The notes beneath the pieces were generated by a model. It did no database searches. It saw only the letters and a list, made by a program, of their open reading frames with translations, and was not told the origin of the DNA. A stretch of DNA of 64,000 nucleotides from Lytechinus pictus (taxonomy: Eukaryota): NCBI RefSeq assembly GCF_037042905.1, contig NC_087251.1:48672001-48736000 (forward strand), given 5' to 3'. The first letter of the stretch is position 1, and every line of letters begins with the position of its first letter. Position numbers and translations under genes: made by a program. Below are positions 25,950 through 38,865 of the stretch, one piece after another.

Positions 25950-26452
25950 CTGTAAGCAAAAAAAAAAATGGACCAAATAAACAAAAAATAGGAAGGGAAA
26001 TCATATTAGCATGGTTGAATAAGATAACTGTTTAAAAGGAACACCCAACAATATAACTAGAAAAATGAATTCCCCCAAACTCTAATGGTTTACCGGATGT
26101 TAACAATTAAAGCTCTTTTCTATTTTACGTTGGCTATAGAAAAAATACTTTCGTAAAAATGAGACTTGTCTTTCTTATACTCTTCCTTCTTTTATCTTCT
26201 CATTTTCTCTACTTAAAATATAAAAAGATGGGGTATCCCCCCTCTCCTTGTAGCAGCGCGTTTGCATGATTCTTTTAATATGGCTAGTAAGTACTTTTTG
26301 GCACATTTTAGATGACAATAGGGAGTTTTCGCATCACGGCGCAAAACGAATTTAAGAATAGCGTAAATATAATAAAAATGGCTGTCAAATGACAATGAAC
26401 AGCTGAGATCTTTGTCGAAATTTGGTGAACCGGAACAGCACTTTTGTCTTAA

Positions 26453-27043
26453 AGGAATGCTCCGGGCTGAAATAATATGGTATAAACAGATAAAGAAAAA
26501 TCAGACGAACATAACACTAAAAATTTTATCAAGATCGGAAAATAAATAACAAGGTTATGGCATTATAAAGATTTGCATTATTTCGGTGAAACAGTTCTAG
26601 GCATGTATTCATGAATATTCAATGAGCAATTGATGTCATATCCCCACTTGTTCTTTTGTATTTTATTATATGAAAATAGGTTTACTCAATTTTTTTCTAC
26701 CAAGAACTGAAAAAAATGGACTGGCAACTGATTTAATGCATCAGATATTCATTGCTGCAATTTATTTCATTATAAAGGAGGCATATTGTTCACAATGTAT
26801 GAAAAAAATGAAACAATTATGATTTCACGTAATAACATAAGAAAAAGGAAAGTGACATCATCAGCTTACCAAATAAATATTCATGATGACATGCATATAA
26901 CTATTTTCACAAAATATTGGTAAACTTTGAAATTCAATAACTTCGTTATTTTGTTATCCGATTTTGATAAAATTTTCAGCATTTTGCTCAGAGAATTTAC
27001 TCTATTTATTTAGATATAAATATATTTTGCCCGGAGCATCCCC
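26453..27043. mobile_element. Non-autonomous TTAA-targeting element (Kolobok-like)
   Basis: TTAA flanks; TIR (A/G)GG(A/G)ATGCTCCGGGC; related copy ~33980-34790. Confidence 0.78.
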
Positions 27044-27253
27044 TTAAGTTTCGGAGCTGACGAAACATTGCTAATTTTTCGTTTGTCCAGAGTCCAGGAC
27101 GAAGCCGCTGTTTTGATTCTCCAATTTTCGACAAAGACTTCTTGGTTGCTCTTTGTCATGATGGGCAATTCAAATAGATTTTCTGTGTTTTTGAAGGCGT
27201 TCTGCGTCGCAGTGCAAAAACTCCTGCACCGAACTATTACAATGATACCATAC

Positions 27254-27467
27254 CTCGTCGAGGGGTGAGACAACGTCGGCAGCTGATGAAGAATCGTTAT
27301 TAAGGCATAGAAACCCACTGATCTCTCTTGATGAGATGCTGGTTGGACAGCCAATACCGAGTCCGAGACGCTCTTTGACTTCCAGACGAAGTTTTAAAGA
27401 GCCCAATTCCATGAACCACACCACCGGCACCACTACAGCCATGTAAATGAGTGAAGACGGAACGAAC
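27254..27467 (-). CDS. TMEM26: TMEM26-like paralog A, exon 2
   Basis: (W)FVPSSLIYMAVVVPVVWFMEL; acceptor 27468-27469 (phase 2), donor GAG|gtatgg (phase 0). Confidence 0.85.
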
Positions 27468-28276
27468 CTGTAGAGAGTTGAAATTAGGGAAGAACTGATT
27501 CTAAAGCCATTCAAATTAGAGTTCAAGCCTGATTTATTGTCGTCAATACCTTATTCCTGTGAAACAGGAACGTTCATCATCCTTATCACCTTCAACAAAA
27601 GGTTTGGACTCTTCATATACCGATAAAAAGGGTTGGTATAGATTTACAGTACCTCGAGAGATTGGATAATACGTGATGCACCTTTGAAGGTGGGGTTAGC
27701 TTCATTATGCACTCTTAAGGGTGAAGAGATTTGAAACATTTTCGTGTAAAATGCCATCCCCATTAAAAAGGGCAACGTTGCACCTTTTTATGGCGCAAAT
27801 GAGCATTTTTGGGTGCTAACAATAGGCCAACTCGGATGTCCATTCAGCGCATGATCAGAAAAAGGTAATTTGTACTAAAATGACATGGCGGTTTAATATC
27901 TAATGAGATAAGCACCAACTTTGATGTCTTGATTATTCTTTTGAATTCGGTTTTTTTTTATTAGATCCACCAAAAATAACAACAATGCGTCCATTAGCGA
28001 CTGTCATTTCCCAGTTGGTCAAGTACATTGATATAACAACATGCTAATGCATTCATAGCAGAAATGCAACAAATACCTTCATAGAGTGTTCATTGTGTGC
28101 TATTTTAGTCACCTGGTCTATGCAATTTCTGCATTCTGCTATGTAAGGCATGCTTACATAATATCTTGCTTTGAAATCTGCTTATCATAATGAAATAAAT
28201 GAAGGGTCATTTGACCAAAATTGCCCATGAGGTAACTCCGAACTGGTCTTTTCCAAAAAGGTACCATCAAATTTAA

Positions 28277-28872
28277 AGGAGAATCCAACCCAAATAAAAA
28301 CTTGTTTTTATAAGAAAAAGAAAAATCAGACAAGTCGATAGGTGAAAGTTTGAACAATCTTGGACAAACAACAAGAAAGTTATGAATTTTTAAAAGTTGT
28401 AAATATCGGTAATCACTATACCCATGGAGACTTCAAAGTGGCCACATATGTGATGTCATAGTGACGTAAGGCAAGGACTACTCTTCCATGTACTCCAATA
28501 CATATTATGGCTAAAATGTGATTTTTTTCCAAAAGTTTTATTTAAAATTACATTTTTCTTTCATGAGGACATAAAACAATATACTACCTGGGTTATATTT
28601 AGATTACTGCCCCAGGGGGATGGGTACTTAGGAGAAAACCACAAATCCCTGATAATAAAGTACATGGCCTATGGAAAAGTTGTCCTTGCCCCTTGTCATA
28701 ATTTACTTACCCAGTTGCCAATTTGAAATCTACATAGTATTAGTGATCTAAATTTTAAAGCAGCTATAACTTTCTTATTGCTTGTCCGATTTCTTTCAAA
28801 CTTTCACCACTCTGTTTAATTTATTTTTATCCTTCCCAACACAACATTTAATGGCCAAGGCTGGATTCCCCT
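28277..28872. mobile_element. Non-autonomous TTAA-targeting element (Kolobok-like), second family
   Basis: TTAA at 28273-28276 and 28873-28876; TIR AGG(A/G)GAATCCA(A/G)CC. Confidence 0.78.
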
Positions 28873-30080
28873 TTAAGCTTTTACGTTGGTTTTACTTGAT
28901 TCAAATAACGCCAAGACACTCTAAATTTTACATAATTATTTCAGCATTTTAACTCATAATTTATCATAGGAGAGCCTTAAACCTACAACTTAACTTTACT
29001 CTTTTATTCCAATCAATTTTAATTTACATGTAATTTGAACATGTAAAATGTGTACATACTGTATCGTAAATATCAAAATAGTATTGAAAGGGGGAAAAGG
29101 GGCGAGTTGAATTCAATCATAGTATGGAGAAATGCGAATTGATATATCTTCATCTGCACGTTCTCGCAAATACAGGCCATCCATCTTAATGAAACAATTG
29201 TAAATGTCAGTAAAACAACTGATTCAAATTTATTTCTCCATAAAAACCAGTTCATGGCAGAGTTGGTTAAAAGTCCTATTTCAAATTAATATCGCGGATG
29301 AGAAGCTTTCGTTGTAATATTGATCCATGTCGTCATGCAAAAACACAGGCGTCGGTCTGGGACAAAAGATATAACACCTTTGTAGAGGCGATGGTAACAA
29401 ATATCGCTATCTTTCATATAGTCTCTACTTTATTGCTCATCGATTTGGATTCGGCAAGGCTTATTGAAAGGTTACTGTCTGTAATCCAAAGGACATGGTG
29501 GAATTAATAAGCAGCATTTGTATCATCCGAAGACAGCACTGTCAAATTGTCATTATTAAGCATGGCTAAATTAGCTGTTTGATTGAGATTATTTTGGGGT
29601 TTTTTTTCCAAACAGTATTGAGAGCAATTCGTCGAAATTCTTAATGATTATTTTAATTAATCACAAAAAGAAATCCACGGATCTTTAACTGGTTAATTTC
29701 TTTATTTAGTTCAGTGCTGGAGCTGACACTGTTTCAAAGCGGTATTTCTTGAAACACGCCTACCTTTTTGGCGCCAGGGAGTTGTCTATACACTTTACCC
29801 CCTTCCATTATCATGATTATGATATTATTACCATGACAATTTGAAGCCACCTTAGTCCAGTGTCACATATTTTTAGTGAAATAAAATAAATGTAGAGGCC
29901 ATAGACGTATTTTTCTTTGGGTAAAGAAATGCAAAATGTTAAATTGTGTTTTATCTTCAAAATGTTCCATCTTAATTTTGAAAAGTATGGTGCCATTGTC
30001 ATAGAAAATCGTCAAATGTTAATACTGCCATTTACATGCATTAACCACTTGAAATTCTGTCATTCTTATTTTAAAGAAAA

Positions 30081-30114
<34 letters not shown>

Positions 30115-31999
30115 AATCACATTTATTTCCTTCAAACAGATACAAAATAATATTTGACATAGTAACGAATGCAGTATATATTTCGACACAATTTTGAAGG
30201 AGGCGAAAACCCGGAAAGCAGAGCTTGAGTTGGGGCAGCCAGATACAAATAAATAACGAGTTACGTACTGTAATGACATCATATGTAATTGCATATAATT
30301 AAGAAAGTTAAGAGTAGAAAATAAACATACAGTAGATGGAGAAGAGGGAGAAGAAATGTAGGCATTAGAAGATAAGTTCATTTGAATAACAGAGTAAACT
30401 GGTCGCAATTACGTAACATTGGTACATGTATAACGAGCTTGACTGACATTTCTCTAGCATAGCAACAGGTAAGGCATGTGCATTAATTAACAATAGAAAT
30501 GGAAGGTAGTTCAAGCATGTCAATGTCAATGATCTCTGTCAGTGACCTAGAAAATTATATGGTTAGTGGACAGATGGATGCATTGGCGAGATAAGACTGG
30601 TCAGTATCATAGAGGAATCATACATTTCAAATAGCTTTACATGAATTGAAACAAACTTAGAACTACTTTGCAATGTTTATTTTTATTCAATCGTGTTCCA
30701 CAAATTAATCAAGTATTTTGTAAAATAAAATATCGTTCGCTTCCCGCAACATACTAATGCAAATCTTTGATTACTCTTCATGTTTAAAATCAGTTTTCCT
30801 CTATTCCTTTTTATCTTACATGCGTTAACTTTGATTTTAATGGAACATCAATAACCAAGTTTTGAAGTTACATCTTCTTAATTTAAATTGTTTATCTGCT
30901 AGTGAAGTGTTTACCTATTGTAAATAAATAATTGCCGGTCTAGGCATTTTGTAACCGTATTTTTTCAAAAACCAAATTTATTCATCTTGTATCGTGTATC
31001 TTGTATTCTTAATGTTAATGCCATATTTTAATACACATCTTTTTGTCCCCCGTCTTTTTTTTCATGACCTACCAGGATGAGGGATTTGTTTGATGATAAA
31101 CTCACTAAGTGCTACTAGTTACATGAGGCAATTTGTCAAACTTCGACCAGTTTTTTTTTCTTTATAATTTTTTGAACAAGCCTTTTTTTTTACTTTAAAT
31201 TAGTTTTGGATGACTCCCAGTTAAGCACAACAATGTAAGATAATTGTTTTACAATTGACAGTGACATTGGTTTAAAAAAATAACTTATCAATATGTGATG
31301 GTTTTTAAGTTACTTTATGACTTTCTTCCTTTCATTTTTTCCAGCTACTTCATGTAAAGGTGATCAGATGCAAAACAATACAAAGAGTAAGTCTTCATTC
31401 TAAATTATGTCTCCTTTTACAAGTAATGTGTGGATCATTGTATAGTAAAAAAAATCCTTTATAAATGACACATCAACTTACTCAGAAATATGAGTTTATT
31501 ATTTTAATTGTAGGGCTTGGTACAACCACAATGCAGGATCACATATTTATGTATCTTTAGAGTAATTATGTACTTCTCACCTGCAATTAATAATTCACAT
31601 TATTGGGAAAAAAACCTGTCGATTTTCCTGAACAAAAGTTTTTAGATTAGAGAAAGGGCAAGGTTGTTCCTTTTAACAAAGGCGTCGATCCGTGTGGCAG
31701 GAGACGATCGCCCCCCATCAAAATATTGGGGTGGGGAGAACATATCGATTTGCCCTCCCCCCAATAATATTAATAACTTGTATATAATTATGCAATGCAA
31801 ATGTAGGTTTAAAAGGCATTGGGGAAACACTATAAAACCATGAAACCTGGAATAAAATACTACATACACAATTGTCCATTTAAAATTCTGTTTTATAATT
31901 GTAGCGCGCAGCGCACCAATTTTTATTTGTTTACTTTTTTTTTACTTTTGCCCCCCTTCCCTTCGGCCATATGATAGGGCGCAAACAAGAACAAAGGAG

Positions 32000-32200
32000 A
32001 AACGACATCTGCTCCGGCGACAATTGCTCTGGGCTTTATTTGGTCTAAGATATAGGGTTAGGGTTGTAGTATGGTTTATGTTAGGTTTAGGGCCAGGTTT
32101 AGGACAGGGCATAGTGTTAGATCCAGGGTTGAATTTGGCCATTCCATTAGTGTGTGAAATTTACAGCGGAGCAATTATCGCCGGAGCGAATGTCATAGGA
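32000..32200. mobile_element. Short TIR element with degenerate TTAGGG-like core
   Basis: 'gacatctgctccggcgacaattgctc' vs 'gagcaattatcgccggagcgaatgtc'; internal 'agggttagggtt'. Confidence 0.6.
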
Positions 32201-32687
32201 CTAGAACAAAGGGGTGCAATTTTGCAAATGTTTCACTTTAATTCAATCCCAAAATGCATTACCAGTGCATTAATTAGGATTCAAACTTAAATCCCTATTT
32301 CATTGTGTGAAGCAATTATTATATGGCGATTCCATGTTGTGTCTTACATTTAACTATGAACAATTTTGACATGAAAATAAAAGAATACTTTTTTTATTAT
32401 TTCCTTGGTAATCCTAAGTACTACCAGAAGAGGTACAAATCTTCCAGACTTATTTTGAATCGATTACATAACCTCTGCAATTGAAATGAAAAATCATGTC
32501 AAACGCTATCGTACGGGACACAAAAATAACATAAAACAAAAGACAGGGACCTGGGAACGATTTTTTCAGTGGGGGTGCTGAAATCTCTTCTCAAAGGTGG
32601 GGGGAGGAGGGGACACAATTGAGTTTTCCATAATTACACACACACACACCTATAAGGGCACCACACACACCCACCAACCCCCCCCCC

Positions 32688-32725
<38 letters not shown>

Positions 32726-33049
32726 CATACATACATATATATGACAGTCATTTCTTAGCTTTCTTCTTATAAAAGAACATAGATATATAATTAGATAACT
32801 CGAGCGTGAAGCGCGAGCTCTTTTTTTTTTTTGGGGGGGGGGGATTTCATGTTTTTTGTCCTGAAAAATTGAACATTTTGAGCAATGTTTGTGGTCCTGA
32901 ACATTAAGATGCGTATGTAGCAAATAATAACTGCGAACGTGATCAGTGCGAGCAGATATTTTTGATATACGCTCTAGTCTGATCGAAAGGGAAGTGTTAA
33001 AGGACTGTTTGCAGTTACCCATTAAGGCGTTACATATATCAACAATCAA

Positions 33050-33900
33050 ATAATGCGAGCGCGAAGCGCGAGCTGAAAATTTGACTTTCCGACCTAAATA
33101 CTGGACATTCTAAGCACTTTTTGCAATCATGAAAAGAATAGGTATATAACTATATGATTGATGCGAGCGCGAAGCGCAAGCGGAAATAAAAATGAGATTT
33201 CAGACCTAAAAACAAGACATCTTAAGCACTTTTCTAATCATGAACAGGATAGGTATATAACTATACAATTGATGTGAGCGCAAAGTGCGAGCGGAAACAA
33301 AATTGAGATTTCAGACCCCAAAAACGAGACATTCTAAGCACTTTTCTAATAATGAAGAGGATAGGTATATAGCTATACACTTGATGCGAGCGCAAAGCAC
33401 GAGTGGAAATAAAAATGAGATTTCAGACCTAAAAACGGGACATCTTAAGCACTTTTCTAATCATGAACAGGATGGTATATAACTATACAATTGATGCGAG
33501 CGCGAAGCGCGAGCGGAATTAAAAATGAGATTTCAGACCTAAAAACAGGACATCTTTAGCACTTTTCTAATCATGAACAGGATGGTATATAACTATACAA
33601 TCGATGCGAGCGCGAAGCGCGAGCGGAATTAAAAATGAGATTTCAGACCTAAAAACAGGACATCTTTAGCACTTTTCTAATCATGAACAGGATGGTATAT
33701 AACTATACAATGATGCGAGCGCGAAGCGCGAGCGAAATTAAAAATGAGATTTCAGACCTAAAAACAGGACATCTTTAGCACTTTTCTAATCATGAACAGG
33801 ATAGATATATAACTATACAATTGATGCGAGCGGAAACAAATTGAGATTTCAGACCTATAATTGGGACATTCTATTCATGATTTGTAAATCAAGAAAATGA
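33050..33900. repeat. ~8 tandem copies of a ~110-bp unit
   Basis: 'gatgcgagcgcgaagcgcgagcgga...ttcagacctaaaaac...aactatacaatt' at ~33052, 33160, 33271, 33383, 33493, 33603, 33712, 33823. Confidence 0.92.
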
Positions 33901-34387
33901 TGGGTAATTGGATATATTCTTACAATGTGAGCGCGAAGTGCGAGCAGAAAATTTTTGACATTGTGATCTGAAACTCCACACTGAATTTAATATGGTATGA
34001 ACAGATAAAGAAAAATCAGACAAACATAAGAATAAAGATTTGATCAAAATCCGACAAGGAATATCACAGTTATTGCATTTTAAAGATTAGCATTATTCCG
34101 GTGTTTTAAGCATGTCTTCATTAATATTCAATGAGCAAACTGATGTCATATCCCCACTTGTTATTTTGTATTTTATTATATAAAATTATGTTTATTTAAT
34201 ATTTTCCCTTCAAGAACCAAAAAAAGTTGAATTGACAACTGATTTAGTCCATTAGATATTCTTCGCTGCAACTTATTTCATTATAAGGGAGACATATCAT
34301 TCACACTGGTATGAAAAAATGAAACAATTTTTATTCCATGTAATAACACAAGAAACATGATAGTGGGGATGTGACACCTTCAACCCA

Positions 34388-34641
34388 CATCGGCAGAAAT
34401 CACAGAGGAGACAGGGGGACGTGTCCCCCTACCAAAAATAGTAGGGGGACACAATATCAAATGTCCCCCCTACTATTTTTGGTCTTTCATGGAGAAAACT
34501 ACATCACTACACAATCGAAATAATACCTTTTGGACTAAATGACCTTACATTTTGGGTGAAACACTTTTTTTTTCTTTGTTTTGCTTGTCAAATTTTCCAG
34601 GCCCTGGTCCCCCTACCTTTAGGGACAGATTTCCGCACATG
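34388..34641. mobile_element. hAT-type MITE (~250 bp)
   Basis: CATCGGCAGAAATC/GATTTCCGCACATG termini; TSD TCAACCCA/TCAATCCA; second copy ~38035-38292. Confidence 0.8.
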
Positions 34642-35712
34642 TCAATCCACCTATTAAATATTCATGACGACATGCATATCACCATTTTCATAAATATTGC
34701 TAAACTTTAGAATTAAATAACTTAACTATTTGTTATCAGATTTTCATAAAATTGTATTTGATATAAATATTTTTAGCCCGGAGTAGCCCCAAAACAAGCT
34801 GCGTATCTGAATAAACATGCGCGCACGTGTTTAGAGTTAGACTTAGTATCTGGGCATTGTAAATATTTTTTTTATTATAAAAATCAATAATGCGAGCACG
34901 AAGCGCGAGCAGAAAATATTTGATATTCCGATCTCAAAATAGGTGAATTTAAACACTATTTTAAGTACTGTGTCAGACAATTTTGAAGGGGAGGAGTTCT
35001 ACAAAACGTCGTTCATTTTCATTACATTTCTGTCATTTATCAACTTACCTCTAGATTTCGAGGAGGTGCTGCCTATGGAAAATAACACATGCAGCACCCC
35101 CAAATTTTTTGGGGTGCTTCAGCTTCCCAGGGCCATGGGGCAGGGCGAAAAAGACTGTGAAATTTGATTTCTATTGTCTGACTTGTAATTGTTTATAAAA
35201 AAAAAAAAAAAGCGGTCGGGCGCGCGCACACTTGATTGGACATAAAACCTGGAAGTTTCAAGTCCAACCACACCCATGTCCCTCCCTGCTATCGAGTAGT
35301 GTGTAAACTATGGTTATCACCACGTATCGCGCGCGACCACGTCTGTATCGGAGTGCCGGAGCTTGATTGAGTCGCGTTATACGAATATGTGAAAGACTAT
35401 GTAAATGATTTGCGATTGTCGGATGGGGTAATTATGTCCATTATAACAAATATAAAAAAATACAAAGGGAACCTGATTTCGTGGGGGTGCTGCCTATGGA
35501 AAATAATACACGCAGCACCCCCAGGAAAATTTATGGGGGTGCTTCAGCACCCCCGCTTCCCAGGTCCCTGACAAAAGAGACAGAAAAAACGAAAGCATGG
35601 AATCACCCTTTAACTTAAAACAAAGTGCATCTCAGTTCGACTTCACCTCCATATTTACCGTTATCGCGAATAATTTCTAAGTAATTTGCTTATCCTTTAG
35701 CGATATACTTAC

Positions 35713-36137
35713 CATTTCCATTCTCCGTCATCATTGAAAGAATACGTTAGAACCATCTCCATGGCAAGAAAGACGAAACCTATTGCAAGGAACCAGTAAT
35801 AGGAGTTCTGTGACGTATAAACTACGCAAAATATCGCAGCCAGTCCGTGGAAAAGGAACGCGGCGCGTACAATAGAAGCGCGTATTCCTCGCTGGAGTTT
35901 CATGGAGCACACGTTTCTTTTTTGGCGCCATCTGGCAAATCGTCTGCTGATCTGTTTTTTCGAGGTTCCAGTGATTTCACTGCTTGGGTGCTGGTAGTGG
36001 TTTGGTTCTGGCGAGGCGTATCCGGATTCTTCGCTCACGATATGAGTACCATTTGCAAGCCTTCTCCTCCGATATAACTCATCGTCATCAAAACTTACAG
36101 CTTGAGTGTTATTATCGTCAGTGTCCAAGTTATCCAT
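35713..36137 (-). CDS. TMEM26: TMEM26-like paralog A, exon 1
   Basis: ATG 36137; SIVRAAFLFHGL...YWFLAIGFVFLAMEMVLTY...GEWKW; donor TG|gtaagt, phase 2; three exons total 1368 nt (455 aa). Confidence 0.88.
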
Positions 36138-37481
36138 CTTGATTCAAATTTTATCAATGATGAAACTCCTCTTGGTCCGGCGTTTTGATGAACACACATA
36201 TACTGAAAAAAACTTTAAATCAAACACACTATTCTTATTTTACGATACATACAAATAAACATTTAAAATCTCTGATGGGTCTGTGACACTATCCAGATGC
36301 ATGCCTTGCATTTCACCAAATCATCATGATCAGAAGTCTTTGCAGCGTTTCGAAACAAATTTTCTTCTTAAAATTAAATCAAAACTTCAGAAGAATGTTT
36401 ATCTTCAATCTGCAATATCCGTTCGATAAATCCATATCCACAAAACAAATGCGTTTTAAAGGTTTATGATTTATTTGTATCTCCCTGCATTCCGAATATA
36501 GTGAATTATTCCCAAATGAATTTCCCGCATGCCTCAGACACCATTTTCCTCAGATCAATCGGTTTGTGTCTGTGCCAGCTGACGCCCTAAAATGCAAGAA
36601 TGGTGTTTAGCTCATCTGCCTCGCACATAGCATGCAAGCTATATACTGGCGGCTGCAGGGGATGCGCATGCACAGTAGATCACAATGCATCTTTTCATCT
36701 TCTCGACCTATCTCATGTTTCCCGTTTCATGAAGAATTGTTGAAATAACAAATGGAAAATTTCTGTAAAAAGTTTACTATAAGCCAATCAGATTGAATGA
36801 TTTCAGTAGCTTTCAATTGTTATTATGAATTTGTTATTATAAAAGGTTTTATGAAACGGGCCCCTGATCGGTGGTGATATAGAAATATGTTTTAAAGTAT
36901 GAAATTTGGACGATTAATGAACTTGACGGATGTGCCTTCCCAATATCAGAAAGCCGAGGAGACCACAAATTGGATAGATATCGGTTAAAAGAGGGAGTTA
37001 CAAAATTTAAGCACGTAGGCCATATTTCATGGATTTGTGCTATCGGGGAAAGAAGCATTACTTTACTCCGGTGGCACCTCAAAATTGTTCCTCTCATTAT
37101 GACATAAAACTTTCGCATCATTAGCTGTGCGATGGCAATGTATCGATAGATCTTATTTAAGATAAGCCAAAAGGGAATTTAATGAACGCCACTTCGTATG
37201 AGTGTAATATTTTAATCATTTTTGTTTTCAGAGTAATGAAGTTTTCAGTTGAGGAATGATGTTACAGTTATTAATGACTTGTAGGGATTATTACCAAGCA
37301 GTTAAAGATTTTTTGTGAATACGAGGCATTATTTAGTATACGTGTATCCATTCATCCCTTTAATATTATGGCAACGCCGCTATCATACAGCATGCAAAAT
37401 ATAATGGTGCTTACACACTCGTGCGTGCACGCTCTCACACACACCCTCACACACACACGCACACACACCCTCACTCACCCT

Positions 37482-37530
<49 letters not shown>

Positions 37531-37676
37531 TGTGAAAGAAATGGATGAAGAGAACACTTCGTATGTCATTGTTCAAAACCCACCTACACCCGACAAAGGA
37601 AATTATAATTGGTATAGTGTCGAAAATCTGTCTATCTGACGGTCAATCGGATCGGGGTCGCCCTAGCCACTTACCC

Positions 37677-37748
37677 GTCTCTGTGGTCTAGTGGTTAAGG
37701 CACCGGCGTTCAAAGCTGGTGGCCCGGGTTCGATTCCCGGCAGAGACA
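37677..37748 (+). tRNA. tRNA-like cloverleaf, anticodon TCA, inside repeat
   Basis: Same as 38657-38728 except one variable-loop base; followed by a T-run. Confidence 0.55.
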
Positions 37749-38290
37749 TTTTTTCGGCATTACCAATTTTTCCAAAGGGCAGATAGCTCTGGGGAACCTT
37801 GATTTAAGCTACGCCTACTATTGTTCTCTTTATCCATTTCTTTCACAAAATATTTAAATAAAAGAGTTGCCAAAGCTGTTGTACATGTATAATTTCACAC
37901 ATTTATATATATATATAAATGTGAGAAATCATACATGCACAACAGCTTTGGCAACTCTTGTATTCAAATATGTTATGACTTGTGAAAGAAATGAATTTAA
38001 TTTCTATCACCAGTCACAATATATATATATATATTATGGGCGGAAATCCCAGGGGGGAATGCGTCCCCTACCAAAAATAGTAGGGAGGACACATCAAACG
38101 TCCCCCCTACTATTTTTGGTCTTTCATGATGGAGAAAAATTTATCATTCACAATAAAAATAAAACATGTATTTTGGACTAATTGACCTTACATTTCGGGA
38201 TGAAAACCTTGTTGTTGTTTTTTTGTTTTTTTTTGCTTGTCAAATTTTCCAGCTCCTGGTCCCCCTACCTTTTGGGACAAATTTCCGCCC

Positions 38291-38324
<34 letters not shown>

Positions 38325-38656
38325 GGCATCACCAATTTTTCCAAAGGGTAGATAGCTCTGGGGAACCTTGATTTAAGCTACGCCTACCATTGTTCTCTTC
38401 ATCCATTTCTTTACAATATTTAAAAATAAAAGAGTTGCCAAAGCTGTTGTACATGTAAAACTTTACACATTTGTATGTATACTTTCTTCCATACATGTAC
38501 TGTATCAAAGCAATAGCTTTGATCCAGCTGAAGCATGGCGACTTGTCATTGTTCGAAACCCACCTTCACCCGACAAAGGAAATTATAATTGGTATAGTGT
38601 CGAAAATCTGTCTATCTGACGGTCAATCGGATCGGGGTCGCCCTAGCCACTAACCC

Positions 38657-38728
38657 GTCTCTGTGGTCTAGTGGTTAAGGCACCGGCGTTCAAAGCTGGG
38701 GGCCCGGGTTCGATTCCCGGCAGAGACA
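38657..38728 (+). tRNA. tRNA-like cloverleaf, anticodon TCA (38690-38692), inside repeat
   Basis: Acceptor GTCTCTG/CAGAGAC, D GTCT/AGGC, anticodon stem CCGGC/GCTGG with loop GTTCAAA, T CCGGG-TTCGATT-CCCGG; A and B boxes intact; T-run immediately after. Function unknown. Confidence 0.6.
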
Positions 38729-38822
38729 TTTTTTCGGCATCACCAATTTTTCCAAAGGGTAGATAGCTCTGGGGAACCTTGATTTAAGCTACGCCTACCA
38801 TTGTTCTCTTCATCCATTTCTT

Positions 38823-38861
<39 letters not shown>

Positions 38862-38865
<4 letters not shown>

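Larger units (their letters stand above)
32544..35570. mobile_element. Composite non-autonomous hAT-type element (3.0 kb)
   Basis: TIR CAGGGACCTGGGAA; perfect 8-bp TSD ACAAAAGA (32536-32543, 35571-35578); holds a tandem array and nested elements. Confidence 0.85.
37531..38825 (+). repeat. Tandem/inverted cluster of the tRNA-containing ~406-bp repeat, interleaved with (TA)n
   Basis: Inverted stub 37531-37556, forward 37564-37903, inverted ~37917-37995, forward 38324-38825; (TA)n at most junctions. Confidence 0.88.

Noticed and set aside
32054..32110. Interstitial telomere
   Set aside because: Only a few degenerate TTAGGG-like units, enclosed by the TIRs of a small element.
33050..33900. CRISPR-like array
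   Set aside because: Whole units repeat with no unique spacers; eukaryotic context, no cas genes.
37540..37580. Hammerhead-like TGAAGA-GAACA...TGTTC-AAAA at the inversion junction
   Set aside because: Core reads ATGAAGA and lacks GAAA; better explained by the inversion itself.
38657..38728. Calling the TCA tRNA a selenocysteine tRNA
   Set aside because: Short 4-nt variable loop and canonical 7/5 fold; tRNA-Sec has a long variable arm and 9/4 fold.
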